A DNA stretch of 64,000 nt from a virus (taxonomy: Duplodnaviria > Caudoviricetes): the IMG/VR virus record IMGVR_UViG_3300033069_001185, positions 32,001-96,000 of that record, one strand, 5' to 3'. Below, one piece after another: positions 29,398 to 39,733 of the stretch. Made by a program: the position numbers and the translations under genes. The notes below the pieces were generated by a model. The model was given only the letters and a program-made list of their open reading frames with translations, was not told where the DNA came from and ran no database searches. The first letter of the stretch is position 1. Each line of letters opens with the position of its first letter.

Positions 29398-32184
29398 ATG
29401 TCCGTTCTTCGCAAACTCAATGTTTTGCCACAATTAAGAGTTGATGCTCCACACTTGCGAATGATCGAAAGCGCCGTAGCTGGCGATTTTGATACAGTCG
29501 TAGGTAAGATGATGGCCGGTGGTAAGCCGTTTGTTATTCGCGGTTTTACATTGATTGGGACCTCAGTTGGTTCCGCTGCAAATCAGATGACTCTTGTAAC
29601 AGCAGACTCCATCGCTGTCAACCTGAATGCTTCGGAATCTGGCTCGTTTCTATGGATCCCTGCAAACCGTCCCAATGAGACTCTGGATCCGGCCACTAAT
29701 GGTAAAGTCACAGGATCGTTCGCCTCAGGCGTTACAAACTACGTAGGCATTGACTTCAAAAGAAGCCCAGACGCTTCCACTACAGACTTGGCTAAATTCT
29801 TAGACGCGGACTCCCTCTCTAGTGTAAAGACTGAATCGACTAGAAGTATTCCCCTTGGACTAACTCTTGACTACCGTATTGTTATAAGCACGGTTCCGTT
29901 CTCAAGCACCCCCAATATCATTCCGATTGCTAAAGTCGTTACCAATGTTAACAATGCAATCAGTACGATTGTCGATGCACGACCGATGATGTACCGGCTT
30001 GCAACTGGTGGAGATTTTCCGAATAGCGAAAACGTATATTCTTGGCCGTTCAATCGTGCCGAGAATTCAAGTTCAAACCTGTTTTCAGGTGGTGACAAAA
30101 ACATTGCTAGCGAGAAAGACTGGCGTGACGCAATCATGTCCCGAATTTGGGAACTCGGTGGCGGCGAAAACTGGTACAGCCCAACTGCCGATCGCAATGT
30201 TAGGATGGTTTACGAGCCGGGTGTCGTGTTTTCGAACGGCCAAAACTTCGAAGGGGTTGCTAACAATCTGCACTGGCGTGGACTAAGCATTCTTTTCGAT
30301 AATGCAAACAGCCCCGGAGTTTATTACAACGAAATTGCCGATCAATTAGTGGACTCTGCTGGTTTAACAGACCTAGCCCCCGGTGAATGCATCTATGCAG
30401 ATATTGATCGTACCCAAAACCTGATCGGCGTCGCCGCTATCGTTGCTCAAAAAGCAGTAATGCAAACGCTAGGCAGTCCCGTCGTACCGGGCTCTCGTTA
30501 TATAATCGCTTGGCGAACTTCAGACGCTGGTAATTTTACCATTTGGACTCGTGATGGATCGTATCCGGTCGACTTTACATTCCAGCCTGCAACTCCAACC
30601 TCTCTTGGGGCTGTCAGACTAAATGTTCCGTCTGGTACGCCCGGAACGCCAACCGTTGTCACTTTAAATTCAACCAACAGTATTGCTATTGGAACTGTTG
30701 GCTACCCTGTTACCGGCAACAATACGGCTATAATTGCAACTGGCAGTGGGAGCGGTTCTGGCATTACCTCAACCGGTGGTGCTACTGGTAATGGTATTGT
30801 AGCAACTGGCGGAAGCACTTCGGGTGCTGGCGGTGTGTTTACTGGAACCGGAACTGGTAATGGTGTTACTGCCGTGTCGTCAAGTTCAATCTCATTTGCC
30901 GTATCTGCTCAAGGGTTTTCTCCGGTATCTTCAGCAGCTGGCGGTAAGGCTGGCCAATTTGTCGGTGGCGACGGGAGTGCCGCAACTATCGGAACGGCAA
31001 GGGCCGGTGGGGCTGGATCTAGGTTTTTTGGTGGTAACGGCAGTGCCACAAATCCGGGCGGGGCAGGTGGAGAAGGTATAGTCTCGGACGGTGGTTCTGG
31101 TGGTAATTCACCTGCTGGCACAGGTGGTGCGGGTGCCGTTGGCGGCCAATTTGTCGGTGGGGTTGGTGGAGATTCTTTCGCACCTTCTTTCCCCGGAGAT
31201 GGCGGGGCAGGTGTTTCGGCATTTGGTGCAGATTCTGGCATAAGAAATGACGGAGTTAGAACCAATGGCGGCGCTGGTGTAAGAGCCAGCGGTGGTGCTG
31301 GTTTTGCGGGCGGTGCTGGCGTAATCGGTACTGGCGGAGATGCGACACTAGGAGGCCTCGGCGGCGCAGGCGGTGTTTTCAGCGGGGCTGTTCAGGGTAT
31401 TGGAACGGCGGCTTCTGACGGCGTTGTTGCGATTGGTGGCGACGGAGGATCAGTAACTGGTCACGGAATTACAGCGATTAGCGGGGATGGCGGGTTTGGC
31501 GGTTATTTTTCTGGTGCTCTAGGTGGCGCTCGCTTTTTTGGTACAAACGCAAATGCTCCCGGCATCGAAGCATCTTCTAATGGAACGAGCACTGCTGTCA
31601 TTGCAAGCCCTCTCGGATCGGGCAAAGCTTTCTATGCGGTTGCTGGTGATGTCGTAATTCAAGCAGCAAATAGCTTCAGATATGACACAAATGTCACAAA
31701 AACTATGCACGTACCAATGTCGGATTTTCAATCGACAACGGAGGCTGGTTCTTTCAGTCCAATTGTAACGATTAGTACGGCCAATGCTTTGGCGAAACTG
31801 ACAAGCCAAACTTCTGGTCCTGCTACGGCTGCGGCTAAGATCCGATTACCTCACGGTGCGTATATCACCAGTATTGAATTTGCCGTACTGAACATAGACG
31901 GGGTGGCGCGAGATACTCGGTGGGCTATTGTTCATAATACTTATAATGTTGCTGGCTATTTTCCCACCGTTGTGCATCTTAGCGGAGGTCCCACTCAGAC
32001 AGTAACAGTTCCCAATTCGCCCCTACATTGGGTTCCGATTCCGATCACGGCTGGGTTGCAAGCTCCGGACGATGGATTCACGGGCATCTATCTCTCCCTA
32101 GATGCCACGACTTCAGTTCAACAGCTTCAGATTCATGGCGTTAAGGTGACTTACACCTACACGCTTGAATCACCAATGAGATAA
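29398..32184 (+). CDS. tail fibre / baseplate protein with Gly-rich repeats
   Basis: Non-repetitive N-terminal ~400 aa, long G-x-G-G repeat tract, C-terminal beta-sandwich (LPHGAYITSI). Confidence 0.65.
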   Translation: MSVLRKLNVLPQLRVDAPHLRMIESAVAGDFDTVVGKMMAGGKPFVIRGFTLIGTSVGSAANQMTLVTADSIAVNLNASESGSFLWIPANRPNETLDPATNGKVTGSFASGVTNYVGIDFKRSPDASTTDLAKFLDADSLSSVKTESTRSIPLGLTLDYRIVISTVPFSSTPNIIPIAKVVTNVNNAISTIVDARPMMYRLATGGDFPNSENVYSWPFNRAENSSSNLFSGGDKNIASEKDWRDAIMSRIWELGGGENWYSPTADRNVRMVYEPGVVFSNGQNFEGVANNLHWRGLSILFDNANSPGVYYNEIADQLVDSAGLTDLAPGECIYADIDRTQNLIGVAAIVAQKAVMQTLGSPVVPGSRYIIAWRTSDAGNFTIWTRDGSYPVDFTFQPATPTSLGAVRLNVPSGTPGTPTVVTLNSTNSIAIGTVGYPVTGNNTAIIATGSGSGSGITSTGGATGNGIVATGGSTSGAGGVFTGTGTGNGVTAVSSSSISFAVSAQGFSPVSSAAGGKAGQFVGGDGSAATIGTARAGGAGSRFFGGNGSATNPGGAGGEGIVSDGGSGGNSPAGTGGAGAVGGQFVGGVGGDSFAPSFPGDGGAGVSAFGADSGIRNDGVRTNGGAGVRASGGAGFAGGAGVIGTGGDATLGGLGGAGGVFSGAVQGIGTAASDGVVAIGGDGGSVTGHGITAISGDGGFGGYFSGALGGARFFGTNANAPGIEASSNGTSTAVIASPLGSGKAFYAVAGDVVIQAANSFRYDTNVTKTMHVPMSDFQSTTEAGSFSPIVTISTANALAKLTSQTSGPATAAAKIRLPHGAYITSIEFAVLNIDGVARDTRWAIVHNTYNVAGYFPTVVHLSGGPTQTVTVPNSPLHWVPIPITAGLQAPDDGFTGIYLSLDATTSVQQLQIHGVKVTYTYTLESPMR

Positions 32185-32188
32185 AACA

Positions 32189-32707
32189 ATGTCAACTGAT
32201 AATTTTAAACGTATTGATATAAATGTTTTATACCCCAATTTTCGGCAATTGATCGAAAAGTTAGTAGAGAACTGTCGTGCCCGTGGTGTCGAATACTACG
32301 CAACGTCTGGACTTAGAACTTGGGACGAACAATCAAAACTGTACGCACTTGGCCGAACCGTACCTAATGTAGATGCCACGCCAGAAAAGCCCATGGGCGG
32401 TATTGTTACCCAAGCAAAAGCTGGTCAAAGCTATCATAGCTACGGTATTGCTGTAGATTTTTGCCCCGACAAAGACAAAACCCGTGCTGGCCTACAGCCG
32501 GACTGGAACAGAGCTTCATATCAAATCCTAGCAGAAGAGGCTACCAAGCTTGGGCTGGAAGCCGGATACTATTGGAAATTCGTTGACAACCCTCACGTTC
32601 AATTGAAAATTTCTAAGAATGGGCTAACTCTTTTTGACTTGCAAAAGGCCTATGGCAATGGCGGACCCAAGGCCGTCGAGGCGCTGTTAAATAAGTTTTC
32701 GTGGTAA
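32189..32707 (+). CDS. endolysin, peptidase M15 (L-Ala-D-Glu/CwlK-like)
   Basis: GLRT..EQ..LYA.GRT, SYHSYGIAVD, DNPHVQ. Confidence 0.9.
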   Translation: MSTDNFKRIDINVLYPNFRQLIEKLVENCRARGVEYYATSGLRTWDEQSKLYALGRTVPNVDATPEKPMGGIVTQAKAGQSYHSYGIAVDFCPDKDKTRAGLQPDWNRASYQILAEEATKLGLEAGYYWKFVDNPHVQLKISKNGLTLFDLQKAYGNGGPKAVEALLNKFSW

Positions 32708-32730
32708 TCTTTCAGTCTAAGAGGCAATAA

Positions 32731-34626
32731 ATGTCCGGTAGAGTAATCCCCGCCAAACAAGATACCATTATCACAGCAGGTGCTGGTGGCGCTGCTACGA
32801 TCTCATCAGGCTCCATCCAGTCTTATTTCAAAAAGGCTCGTGTTTGGCTTAACAATATCGGTCAGCCTTCGGTTGAAGCTCTTATTGTTGATATCGATGT
32901 ACCAACTTCGACTCTTTATATCAGAATTTTGACCGGCAATCCAAATCCGGAGTACGGCTACAGTAACATTAGTGCCTATGCTGGCGGACTTATCTTCCAA
33001 AACGAACAGATTTGGTACGACGCTCCCCAACTAGTAACATTAACCAATGGCTCAACCGGTGGAGGAGGAGATGCTTCAGAAGCAACTCTAGTTCAAGTCC
33101 GCGATTCAGTCAAGGCCCAGATTGGCATTGCTGCAACACTTTGGACCGACGACTCTGGGGCGTATTACACCCGCAGAGAGTTGGTTAACCAAGGAACCGG
33201 TGCGATTACCATTGTTTGGGTCAATGCTGCCGGTGCTCCTGTCACTCCGGGTGTCGGTCTTCGTCCTGCTACAGGATCTGGCGGCTCTTCTGGCGGTCTT
33301 ACTGATGCAGAACTCCGTGCAACTCCTGTTCCAGTCTCCGTCAGCAGTCTGCCCTTGCCAGCAAGTGCTTCTACTCTTGCAGAACAACAAGCTCAAACGA
33401 CTAAGCTGACCGCTATTGATAACAAGATCCCTGTTGTGGGTCAGTCAAATATGGCTGGCTCGTTGCCGGTTGTTATTGCTAGCAATCAAAGTGTTCTTAG
33501 CATTCAGGCTTCTTCTTTGCCGCTTCCTTTGGGTGCTGCCACCGAAGCGACTCTTGCTTCAATTCTAACAAACACTGCCGCCCTCGACGCTCCTATTTCC
33601 GGTCTGGCAACTCAGGCAACTCTTGCCAACATCAACTCAAAGATAACGGCCTGCAATACCGGTGCCGTAGTCATTACTTCATCTGCCCTACCTACAGGAG
33701 CGGCTACCTCAGCGCTGCAAACCACAGGTAATACCACTTTATCCAGTATTGATACACGACTATCAAATCCGCTAACTGTTACCGGTCCGCTCACCGATGC
33801 TCAGCTAAGAGCTACCGCCGTTCCTGTCTCAGCCGCTTCTCTACCGCTACCTACTGGCGCGGCTACGGAATCAACCTTAGCCACACGTCTTTCTGAGGCT
33901 GGGTTTCAAGCAAGAATCAATACCCTTGGTCAGAAAACGATGGCGAACTCAACGCCTGTTGTTATTTCGTCCGATCAATCAAGTCTGCCAGTTACCGCTT
34001 CGTCGTTGCCGCTTCCGTCAGGCGCAGCAAGTGCGGCCAACCAAACCACAATCGGTGCGCAAACAACCAAAATAAACGACGGAACAAATACCGCTGCCGT
34101 TACCGCAGCAAACGCCCTTAAAGTAGATGGCTCTGCGGTAACCCAACCCGTCTCAGGCACCGTTGCCGTTAGCAACCTATCCACCCTATCCACACTAGCA
34201 GAACAGCAAACGCAAACCACCGCACTGTCGACTGCAAATGCCAGTCTCGCTAGTATTGATACAAAGACACCAAGCCTCGGACAGGCTATTGCTAATACAT
34301 CCGTTCCTGTTGTGTTGGCTTCAGATCAGTCGGCAGTTCCTGTCTCTTTTTCTGTTGCGTCAACTCTCCAGACCTCAGACGAATCGACACCATGGCTTCG
34401 TAGAATAGCAAAGCTATCAGAGTCATTGTCTGTGGTAGACTCGGCACAGCGCCAGCGTATCTCTTTAGATTCGATCGCGGCTGGCGTAACTTTACCCACC
34501 GTTACGTCTGTCGGTACTGTTACCACCGTTACGGGTGTCACTACTATGGCCGGTATGGATCGTGAAATGTATATCAATATCGCACGCCAAACGTATGCCA
34601 TGTGCATTCGTGCTAAAATAACGTAA
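32731..34626 (+). CDS. fibre-like virion protein with shared N-terminal adaptor domain
   Basis: Repeats LTDA.LRAT.VPVS, SLPLP.GAA, PVVI.S(N/D)QS; N-terminal ~95 aa homologous to 37253 and 38194 genes. Confidence 0.65.
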   Translation: MSGRVIPAKQDTIITAGAGGAATISSGSIQSYFKKARVWLNNIGQPSVEALIVDIDVPTSTLYIRILTGNPNPEYGYSNISAYAGGLIFQNEQIWYDAPQLVTLTNGSTGGGGDASEATLVQVRDSVKAQIGIAATLWTDDSGAYYTRRELVNQGTGAITIVWVNAAGAPVTPGVGLRPATGSGGSSGGLTDAELRATPVPVSVSSLPLPASASTLAEQQAQTTKLTAIDNKIPVVGQSNMAGSLPVVIASNQSVLSIQASSLPLPLGAATEATLASILTNTAALDAPISGLATQATLANINSKITACNTGAVVITSSALPTGAATSALQTTGNTTLSSIDTRLSNPLTVTGPLTDAQLRATAVPVSAASLPLPTGAATESTLATRLSEAGFQARINTLGQKTMANSTPVVISSDQSSLPVTASSLPLPSGAASAANQTTIGAQTTKINDGTNTAAVTAANALKVDGSAVTQPVSGTVAVSNLSTLSTLAEQQTQTTALSTANASLASIDTKTPSLGQAIANTSVPVVLASDQSAVPVSFSVASTLQTSDESTPWLRRIAKLSESLSVVDSAQRQRISLDSIAAGVTLPTVTSVGTVTTVTGVTTMAGMDREMYINIARQTYAMCIRAKIT

Positions 34627-34644
34627 AAAGGAAACTAAAACAAT

Positions 34645-37248
34645 ATGGCTATCACCAATTCGCTTAAAAAGCAAGTCGATCTTCCTGTTTGGGAATGGAC
34701 CCGTTTTGCTCCTGCTGCCTCTTCGGCCATTTCGTGCTCATGCTCAGCAGATAACTCTCTACACCATGAACAGAACGGAAGATACATTTATTATCTGATC
34801 GCTGCTTCTGGTTTTTGGCGTTACGATACCGTTACGGATACTTACGTACAATTAACTTCTCCTGCCGTTGCGCCTGCAACTTGGTCTTCGATGAAGTTCA
34901 GTGGTGCATATGGACAGGATGGCTTGGCGATTGCGGCGACTTCAAACACCATTACTGTCGCGGGACATTTCGGTAAAGTTCTGGAAGGTTTTGATATTCT
35001 TATTGTTAGCGGGACTGGTCGTGGGCAGCGCAGGACGATAACCAACGTTGCAGAGGCGGTTTCTGCTGATTCCGGCATCGTAACTGCTGTATCAAACGTA
35101 GCCGGTACTATCTCAATCACCGATACTACCAAAGCTTGGTCTGTAAATCAATGGGTTGGTTATAACGTTCGCATCACAGGTAACACTGGTGTAGGTCAAG
35201 TCCGTAAAGTTCTATACAATTCTTCTACTGTAATCACCCTTGGCGACGTAAACCGATCTGCCGATAACATTTGGTGCAATCCTGCTGTGTTTTCGCCAGC
35301 TATCAATGCCACGGCTGGTACTCAAGCGAATTATTCCATCGAATCAAGCGTAGCTACGGTAGACAGCAATTGGTCCGTTACTCCAGATACCACTTCTCAG
35401 TACCGAATTCAATCAGGCGCGATCAGCCTTGTTTCTTCTGCGGCGGCGACCCCCTTTTACACTAACCAATGGTATGATATTGCTACGGATACTTGGTATG
35501 TACGCACGTCTGGAACCCTTACCTTCGCAACGGTAGGTACGGACGGGGCAGTAGAAAGACTGGTCGAAAATGCAACCATTTGGGACCGTAGCACCGCTAC
35601 TGGCGGCACAACCACCACTCTGGTAGATACGAATCAGTCTTGGACGACAAATCAATGGGCTGGCTATTGGGTACGAATCTACAGCGGGACGGGTGAAGGC
35701 CAGATCCGCCAGATCTTTTCAAACACCGATACTACGTTAACGTGGTCAACTGTTGGCACAGCCCCTACGACGACCAGCAAATATATCATTGAAGGTTTTG
35801 ACTGCGGAACCGCTACCTCAGGTGCGGCTTCCACACTAACCGATTCCACGAAATCGTGGACTACCAATCAATGGGCCAACTATGCGGTCAAAATTACTGC
35901 CGGTACTGGTATTGGACAAGTGGCGGCGATTGCTAGCAATACGGGCACGGCACTTACCATTGTCAAGCCTTGGACCACCAATCCAGACAACACCTCTGTC
36001 TATTGTATTCAGGGAGATTCCGACAAGCAATTGCTGATGCTGGGCGGCTCAGCCGGTACGCTAATTCAAAACATCAATGACGATCTGCCATCATGGGGTA
36101 GACTGATTGATTCTGGCGCGGCAAGAAGTGCCTCGGTTCAGTTTGACGATCAAAAGGCTGTAGCCATTGCCTCAGTGTCTAACGCTACTACTACTGCAAC
36201 GGTTACCACAACAGTCAGCCATTCTTTTAAGGTTGGTCAATCGGTCGTCGTTCGCGGCTGTACTGATGCTAACTTTAACGGTACTTTCACTATCGCAACC
36301 GTGCCATCGCTTACTACCTTTACTTATACCATGGGTGGTACTCCGGCGTCTACAACCTTAGCAAACGCCCAATCCACCACAACCCTTTCGGATGCTACTA
36401 AGTCTTGGACTGTAAACCAGTGGGCTGGATTCATGGTCTATATGACCACCACAGCCGTGACTGCGGGTACTGGGGCGGCCACGATGCAAGCGTTTCAGAT
36501 CGCCAGCAATACGGCCACTACATTAACATTCGTTGCGGCTGGTACTGCACCTACTAACGGCGTTTCGCGCTATGTCATTGCCCCTAGATCTGCGGTCGGA
36601 GCGTTGGACAACGGTATCGCTACTGGTGCCCAGTCAACCACAACCCTACAAGACACCACAAAGACATGGGTCGTAAACATCTTTGCTGGTAAGCGTGTTA
36701 AGTTCCTTGGCGGAACCGGTATTTCTCAAGAATTGCTTATTACGTCTAATACTTCGAATACTCTAACATTCGGTGTCGCTACCGCTCCTGTAGCTGGCGC
36801 TACTAGCTATGCTATTTTGGAACAACCAGCTCGTGGTACTGGAACCACGCTTAACTGGGGCTTCGGACAAAGCGCTCCTACCCATAAGGGCCGATATATG
36901 TTTAGTGCTCGTGGTGGCGCGGCCATCGGCTTTGACCGTCTCGACATTCCAACCGATCGCTGGCAGTTAATGCCAATCACTCCGCAAATTGAAACCCTAA
37001 CAACCGGTTCGATGTATGCATATGACGGCAGAGACAGGCTGTACTTTACAAAAGACGCTACCCAGCGCGTATACTATCTCGATATTGTTACAAACACGGT
37101 CCATGGCGCTTCTATGTTCCCATATGCTGCCCCGGTGGCTGTGATCGGAAACCGTATGGAGATTTTTGAAACGGTTGATGGGCTAAAATACCTATGGCTT
37201 AACCGCTCGTCATTCACAGAATGCTTCCGCACCTTGCTGTTCTACTAA
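34645..37248 (+). CDS. virion protein with beta-propeller-like ends and 5 T-L-x-D-x-T-K-S-W-x-x-N-Q-W-A-G repeats
   Basis: Repeats visible in translation; FWRYD...DT.W blades; AAGGA RBS. Confidence 0.65.
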   Translation: MAITNSLKKQVDLPVWEWTRFAPAASSAISCSCSADNSLHHEQNGRYIYYLIAASGFWRYDTVTDTYVQLTSPAVAPATWSSMKFSGAYGQDGLAIAATSNTITVAGHFGKVLEGFDILIVSGTGRGQRRTITNVAEAVSADSGIVTAVSNVAGTISITDTTKAWSVNQWVGYNVRITGNTGVGQVRKVLYNSSTVITLGDVNRSADNIWCNPAVFSPAINATAGTQANYSIESSVATVDSNWSVTPDTTSQYRIQSGAISLVSSAAATPFYTNQWYDIATDTWYVRTSGTLTFATVGTDGAVERLVENATIWDRSTATGGTTTTLVDTNQSWTTNQWAGYWVRIYSGTGEGQIRQIFSNTDTTLTWSTVGTAPTTTSKYIIEGFDCGTATSGAASTLTDSTKSWTTNQWANYAVKITAGTGIGQVAAIASNTGTALTIVKPWTTNPDNTSVYCIQGDSDKQLLMLGGSAGTLIQNINDDLPSWGRLIDSGAARSASVQFDDQKAVAIASVSNATTTATVTTTVSHSFKVGQSVVVRGCTDANFNGTFTIATVPSLTTFTYTMGGTPASTTLANAQSTTTLSDATKSWTVNQWAGFMVYMTTTAVTAGTGAATMQAFQIASNTATTLTFVAAGTAPTNGVSRYVIAPRSAVGALDNGIATGAQSTTTLQDTTKTWVVNIFAGKRVKFLGGTGISQELLITSNTSNTLTFGVATAPVAGATSYAILEQPARGTGTTLNWGFGQSAPTHKGRYMFSARGGAAIGFDRLDIPTDRWQLMPITPQIETLTTGSMYAYDGRDRLYFTKDATQRVYYLDIVTNTVHGASMFPYAAPVAVIGNRMEIFETVDGLKYLWLNRSSFTECFRTLLFY

Positions 37249-37252
37249 CATT

Positions 37253-38182
37253 ATGTCAGGTTTATTGCTGCCAGATTCGAGAATTACTGTAACAGCGGCT
37301 GCTGCTAATGGTTATTTGACTGTTAGCTCAACTAGCGGTCTATACGTTAAAACTATTTGCTGGCTTACTCTTACCAGCGGTGCAAGCCCAGTACAAGTAG
37401 AAATCACCGAAATCTCAGGTACTAGTGTGGGAGTTCGGTTTGTACAATCCATCGGCTCAGGACCGAATTACGGCAGATCGAACGTTTCTGCTTACAATGC
37501 CGGTGGGTACTTGTATCAAAACGAACAGTTTTTGTATCGTTCTGGAGACATTGCGGCGTTGGGTATTCTAGCAACAGGCCTTGAGGCTTACTGGAAGATG
37601 GATGACGGTACGGATTCTACCGGTAACCACAACCTAACTCTTAGTAACATCACATTTGCTCCCGGTAAGATCGGAAACGCCGCAAACTACAATAGCATAA
37701 CAAGTACTGTCATTGCTCCGAGTCTTGACATTTTGACTAACCTGACGGTATCGGCTTGGGTCTACCCCACCCAGCATGCTGATTACTATACGATAGCTGC
37801 GCATATGATTGGTGGCGGTTGGCTCGACACCAACTATCATTTGATCATGCTTCCGGCTGGTGATGTTGCGCTGTTTGGTACAGGAGACACAGGCATTACC
37901 AATTCTTCTATTATGCCTCTGAATACTTGGACGCATGTTGTAGCCACAAGAACCACAACCGGTTACACGGAAATGTGGACAAACGGTGTAAAAACCAACA
38001 CCGGCACGGGACCAGCACCGCATTCTGTGCCTGCTGGGTTAGTTTACGTTGGGTGTCGTGGAGATTCTTATTCCTATTGGCAGGGCGCAATCGATGAAGT
38101 AGGTATTTGGTCTAGAGTGTTACCAGACGATCAGATCGCTATGCTATACAACGCAGGTTCTGGAATCAGTTATCCATTTTAA
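37253..38182 (+). CDS. adaptor domain plus LamG (concanavalin-like) protein
   Basis: GLEAYWKMDD...GAIDEVGIWSRVL; LamG close to that in 20987-25420. Confidence 0.8.
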   Translation: MSGLLLPDSRITVTAAAANGYLTVSSTSGLYVKTICWLTLTSGASPVQVEITEISGTSVGVRFVQSIGSGPNYGRSNVSAYNAGGYLYQNEQFLYRSGDIAALGILATGLEAYWKMDDGTDSTGNHNLTLSNITFAPGKIGNAANYNSITSTVIAPSLDILTNLTVSAWVYPTQHADYYTIAAHMIGGGWLDTNYHLIMLPAGDVALFGTGDTGITNSSIMPLNTWTHVVATRTTTGYTEMWTNGVKTNTGTGPAPHSVPAGLVYVGCRGDSYSYWQGAIDEVGIWSRVLPDDQIAMLYNAGSGISYPF

Positions 38183-38193
38183 GGAGTTTTGAT

Positions 38194-38496
38194 ATGGCTG
38201 GAAAATTAATCAATGAAGTCAGAGCAACAGTAACGGCGGCTACCGCTGCCGGATACTTGACCGTCAGTTCGGCTACAGGTCTGTATGTCAATGCATATGG
38301 CTGGCTCACGCTGACTGCTGGTGGCTCTCAGGTACGGGTACAGATTACCAGTATTTCTGGTACAACCATTGGCGTTAAGCTGGTAGGCAATGTGCCCAAC
38401 TATGGCAGATCTGACGTAAGTGCGTATAATGCCGGTGGATATCTTAATCAAGAGGCGCAGTTGATTTACAATCCGAATGACAAGCCACTTGATTAA
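38194..38496 (+). CDS. stand-alone adaptor-domain protein
   Basis: AAGGAG RBS; paralog of the N-terminus of 37253-38182. Confidence 0.75.
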   Translation: MAGKLINEVRATVTAATAAGYLTVSSATGLYVNAYGWLTLTAGGSQVRVQITSISGTTIGVKLVGNVPNYGRSDVSAYNAGGYLNQEAQLIYNPNDKPLD

Positions 38497-38499
38497 TAC

Positions 38500-38916
38500 T
38501 TACCATAAATTTGCATAAAGTCGATACATATCGTCTAGATTGGCCGTAACATCACCAACATCACCTAATAGCAAGTCATTTGCATCTGCCACAAGAAAAT
38601 ATTTGTTAGGACCAAACATAATGGCGCAGGGCGAGTAGGTGCTTAGGGCAAAATTCTTAGCCTCAAGAATGCTTAGATCTAGCACACAGTTTGAAAAACA
38701 GGCTCCTTCTACATCAGCACCGAAGAAGTCGATTCTATCCATTTTTAATGTACCAACCTTTTGAAACTTAGAAGAACTGAAGTCAATTCCTCGCAAATCC
38801 ATATTGCTAAAATTTGCTCGACAGCCGGTCCGCTTACTACCGTGTCTAAGCTGATATAGCCATGCGTGATGTTCTCGTACTGAGTTTATAACCTCGGTGT
38901 AAGAAGGTCTATACAT
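38500..38916 (-). CDS. pentapeptide-repeat protein with NxDD tail
   Basis: EHHAWL...GCRANFSNMDLRGIDFS; tail ANLDDMYRLY. Confidence 0.8.
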   Translation of the reverse strand: MYRPSYTEVINSVREHHAWLYQLRHGSKRTGCRANFSNMDLRGIDFSSSKFQKVGTLKMDRIDFFGADVEGACFSNCVLDLSILEAKNFALSTYSPCAIMFGPNKYFLVADANDLLLGDVGDVTANLDDMYRLYANLW

Positions 38917-39358
38917 ATAGATGCTCGAATAGTCGATAGAAATCGTCTATATTCAGACTATGTGGTCCATGTGGCCCATTCGACGAAGACATGAGATGAG
39001 CCAGATCTTTAAATTGTAAGTCCGGACATGCTTTCAAATAAAACCCGGCCCCTATTTTAGTTTCGTATGCGATATAGATGATGTTCTCTTGGGAGCTACT
39101 ACTCCGTAGCGCAGCGCTAATAGCTCCTTTGGCATGAAATAGCCAAGTAGCTGTGATTATGCATGTAGAGATATTCGCGCTTTCGAAATTGGTCCGACTA
39201 TCATAAATCACGCTTGTAAAATCCCAGCCCTTAAGATCCATACCAGACACATCCATACAGCTAAGATCGGCCCGCGCTCCGGTTCGTCCAGCAGTATCTA
39301 ACCATGATATATGGTCAGCACACATTATATCGATATCATACTGCGTAGGCCTATACAT
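38909..39358 (-). CDS. pentapeptide-repeat protein with NxDD tail
   Basis: DHISWL...GARADLSCMDVSGMDL; tail LNIDDFYRLF. Confidence 0.8.
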   Translation of the reverse strand: MYRPTQYDIDIMCADHISWLDTAGRTGARADLSCMDVSGMDLKGWDFTSVIYDSRTNFESANISTCIITATWLFHAKGAISAALRSSSSQENIIYIAYETKIGAGFYLKACPDLQFKDLAHLMSSSNGPHGPHSLNIDDFYRLFEHLYV

Positions 39359-39361
39359 GGT

Positions 39362-39733
39362 TTACCGAAAGTCTTCAGGCAATGTTTGCCACTGTCCATT
39401 CCGATACATGGTAAACATTCCAACCAGACCTGTTTGATCTTCAATGATAAAGATCGCAGCGTCCCGTTCGTCATCAACGATCGACGTAGCAAACAACGCG
39501 CTCTTAAGCTTTACTTTGGTTTGGGTTGCTCGGCTTACGTCTGAGCACATACCCTTGACACTATTCGTAATCGAAAGTCGTCGTGCGGCTTTCTTTGCTG
39601 CATCGTACTCGTAACCTCCATCTTGGACCTGATTCACAACGCCAGCGTCTGGCTTTGACTGTTTGACAGTAGGAACCGGAGTGTCAACCGATACTCCGGC
39701 AGAAAGAATGATAGCAATCAATAGGTTTTTCAT
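39362..39733 (-). CDS. secreted hypothetical protein
   Basis: Signal peptide MKNLLIAIILSAG. Confidence 0.6.
   Translation of the reverse strand: MKNLLIAIILSAGVSVDTPVPTVKQSKPDAGVVNQVQDGGYEYDAAKKAARRLSITNSVKGMCSDVSRATQTKVKLKSALFATSIVDDERDAAIFIIEDQTGLVGMFTMYRNGQWQTLPEDFR

Noticed and set aside
24100-38180. Diversity-generating retroelement template/variable repeat pair
   Set aside because: Both copies are coding, the differences are not adenine-specific, and there is no reverse transcriptase in the window.
1947-38496. Extracellular contractile injection system or tailocin in a bacterial chromosome
   Set aside because: It is contiguous with phage-type replication genes and dense small ORFs, which fits a phage genome.
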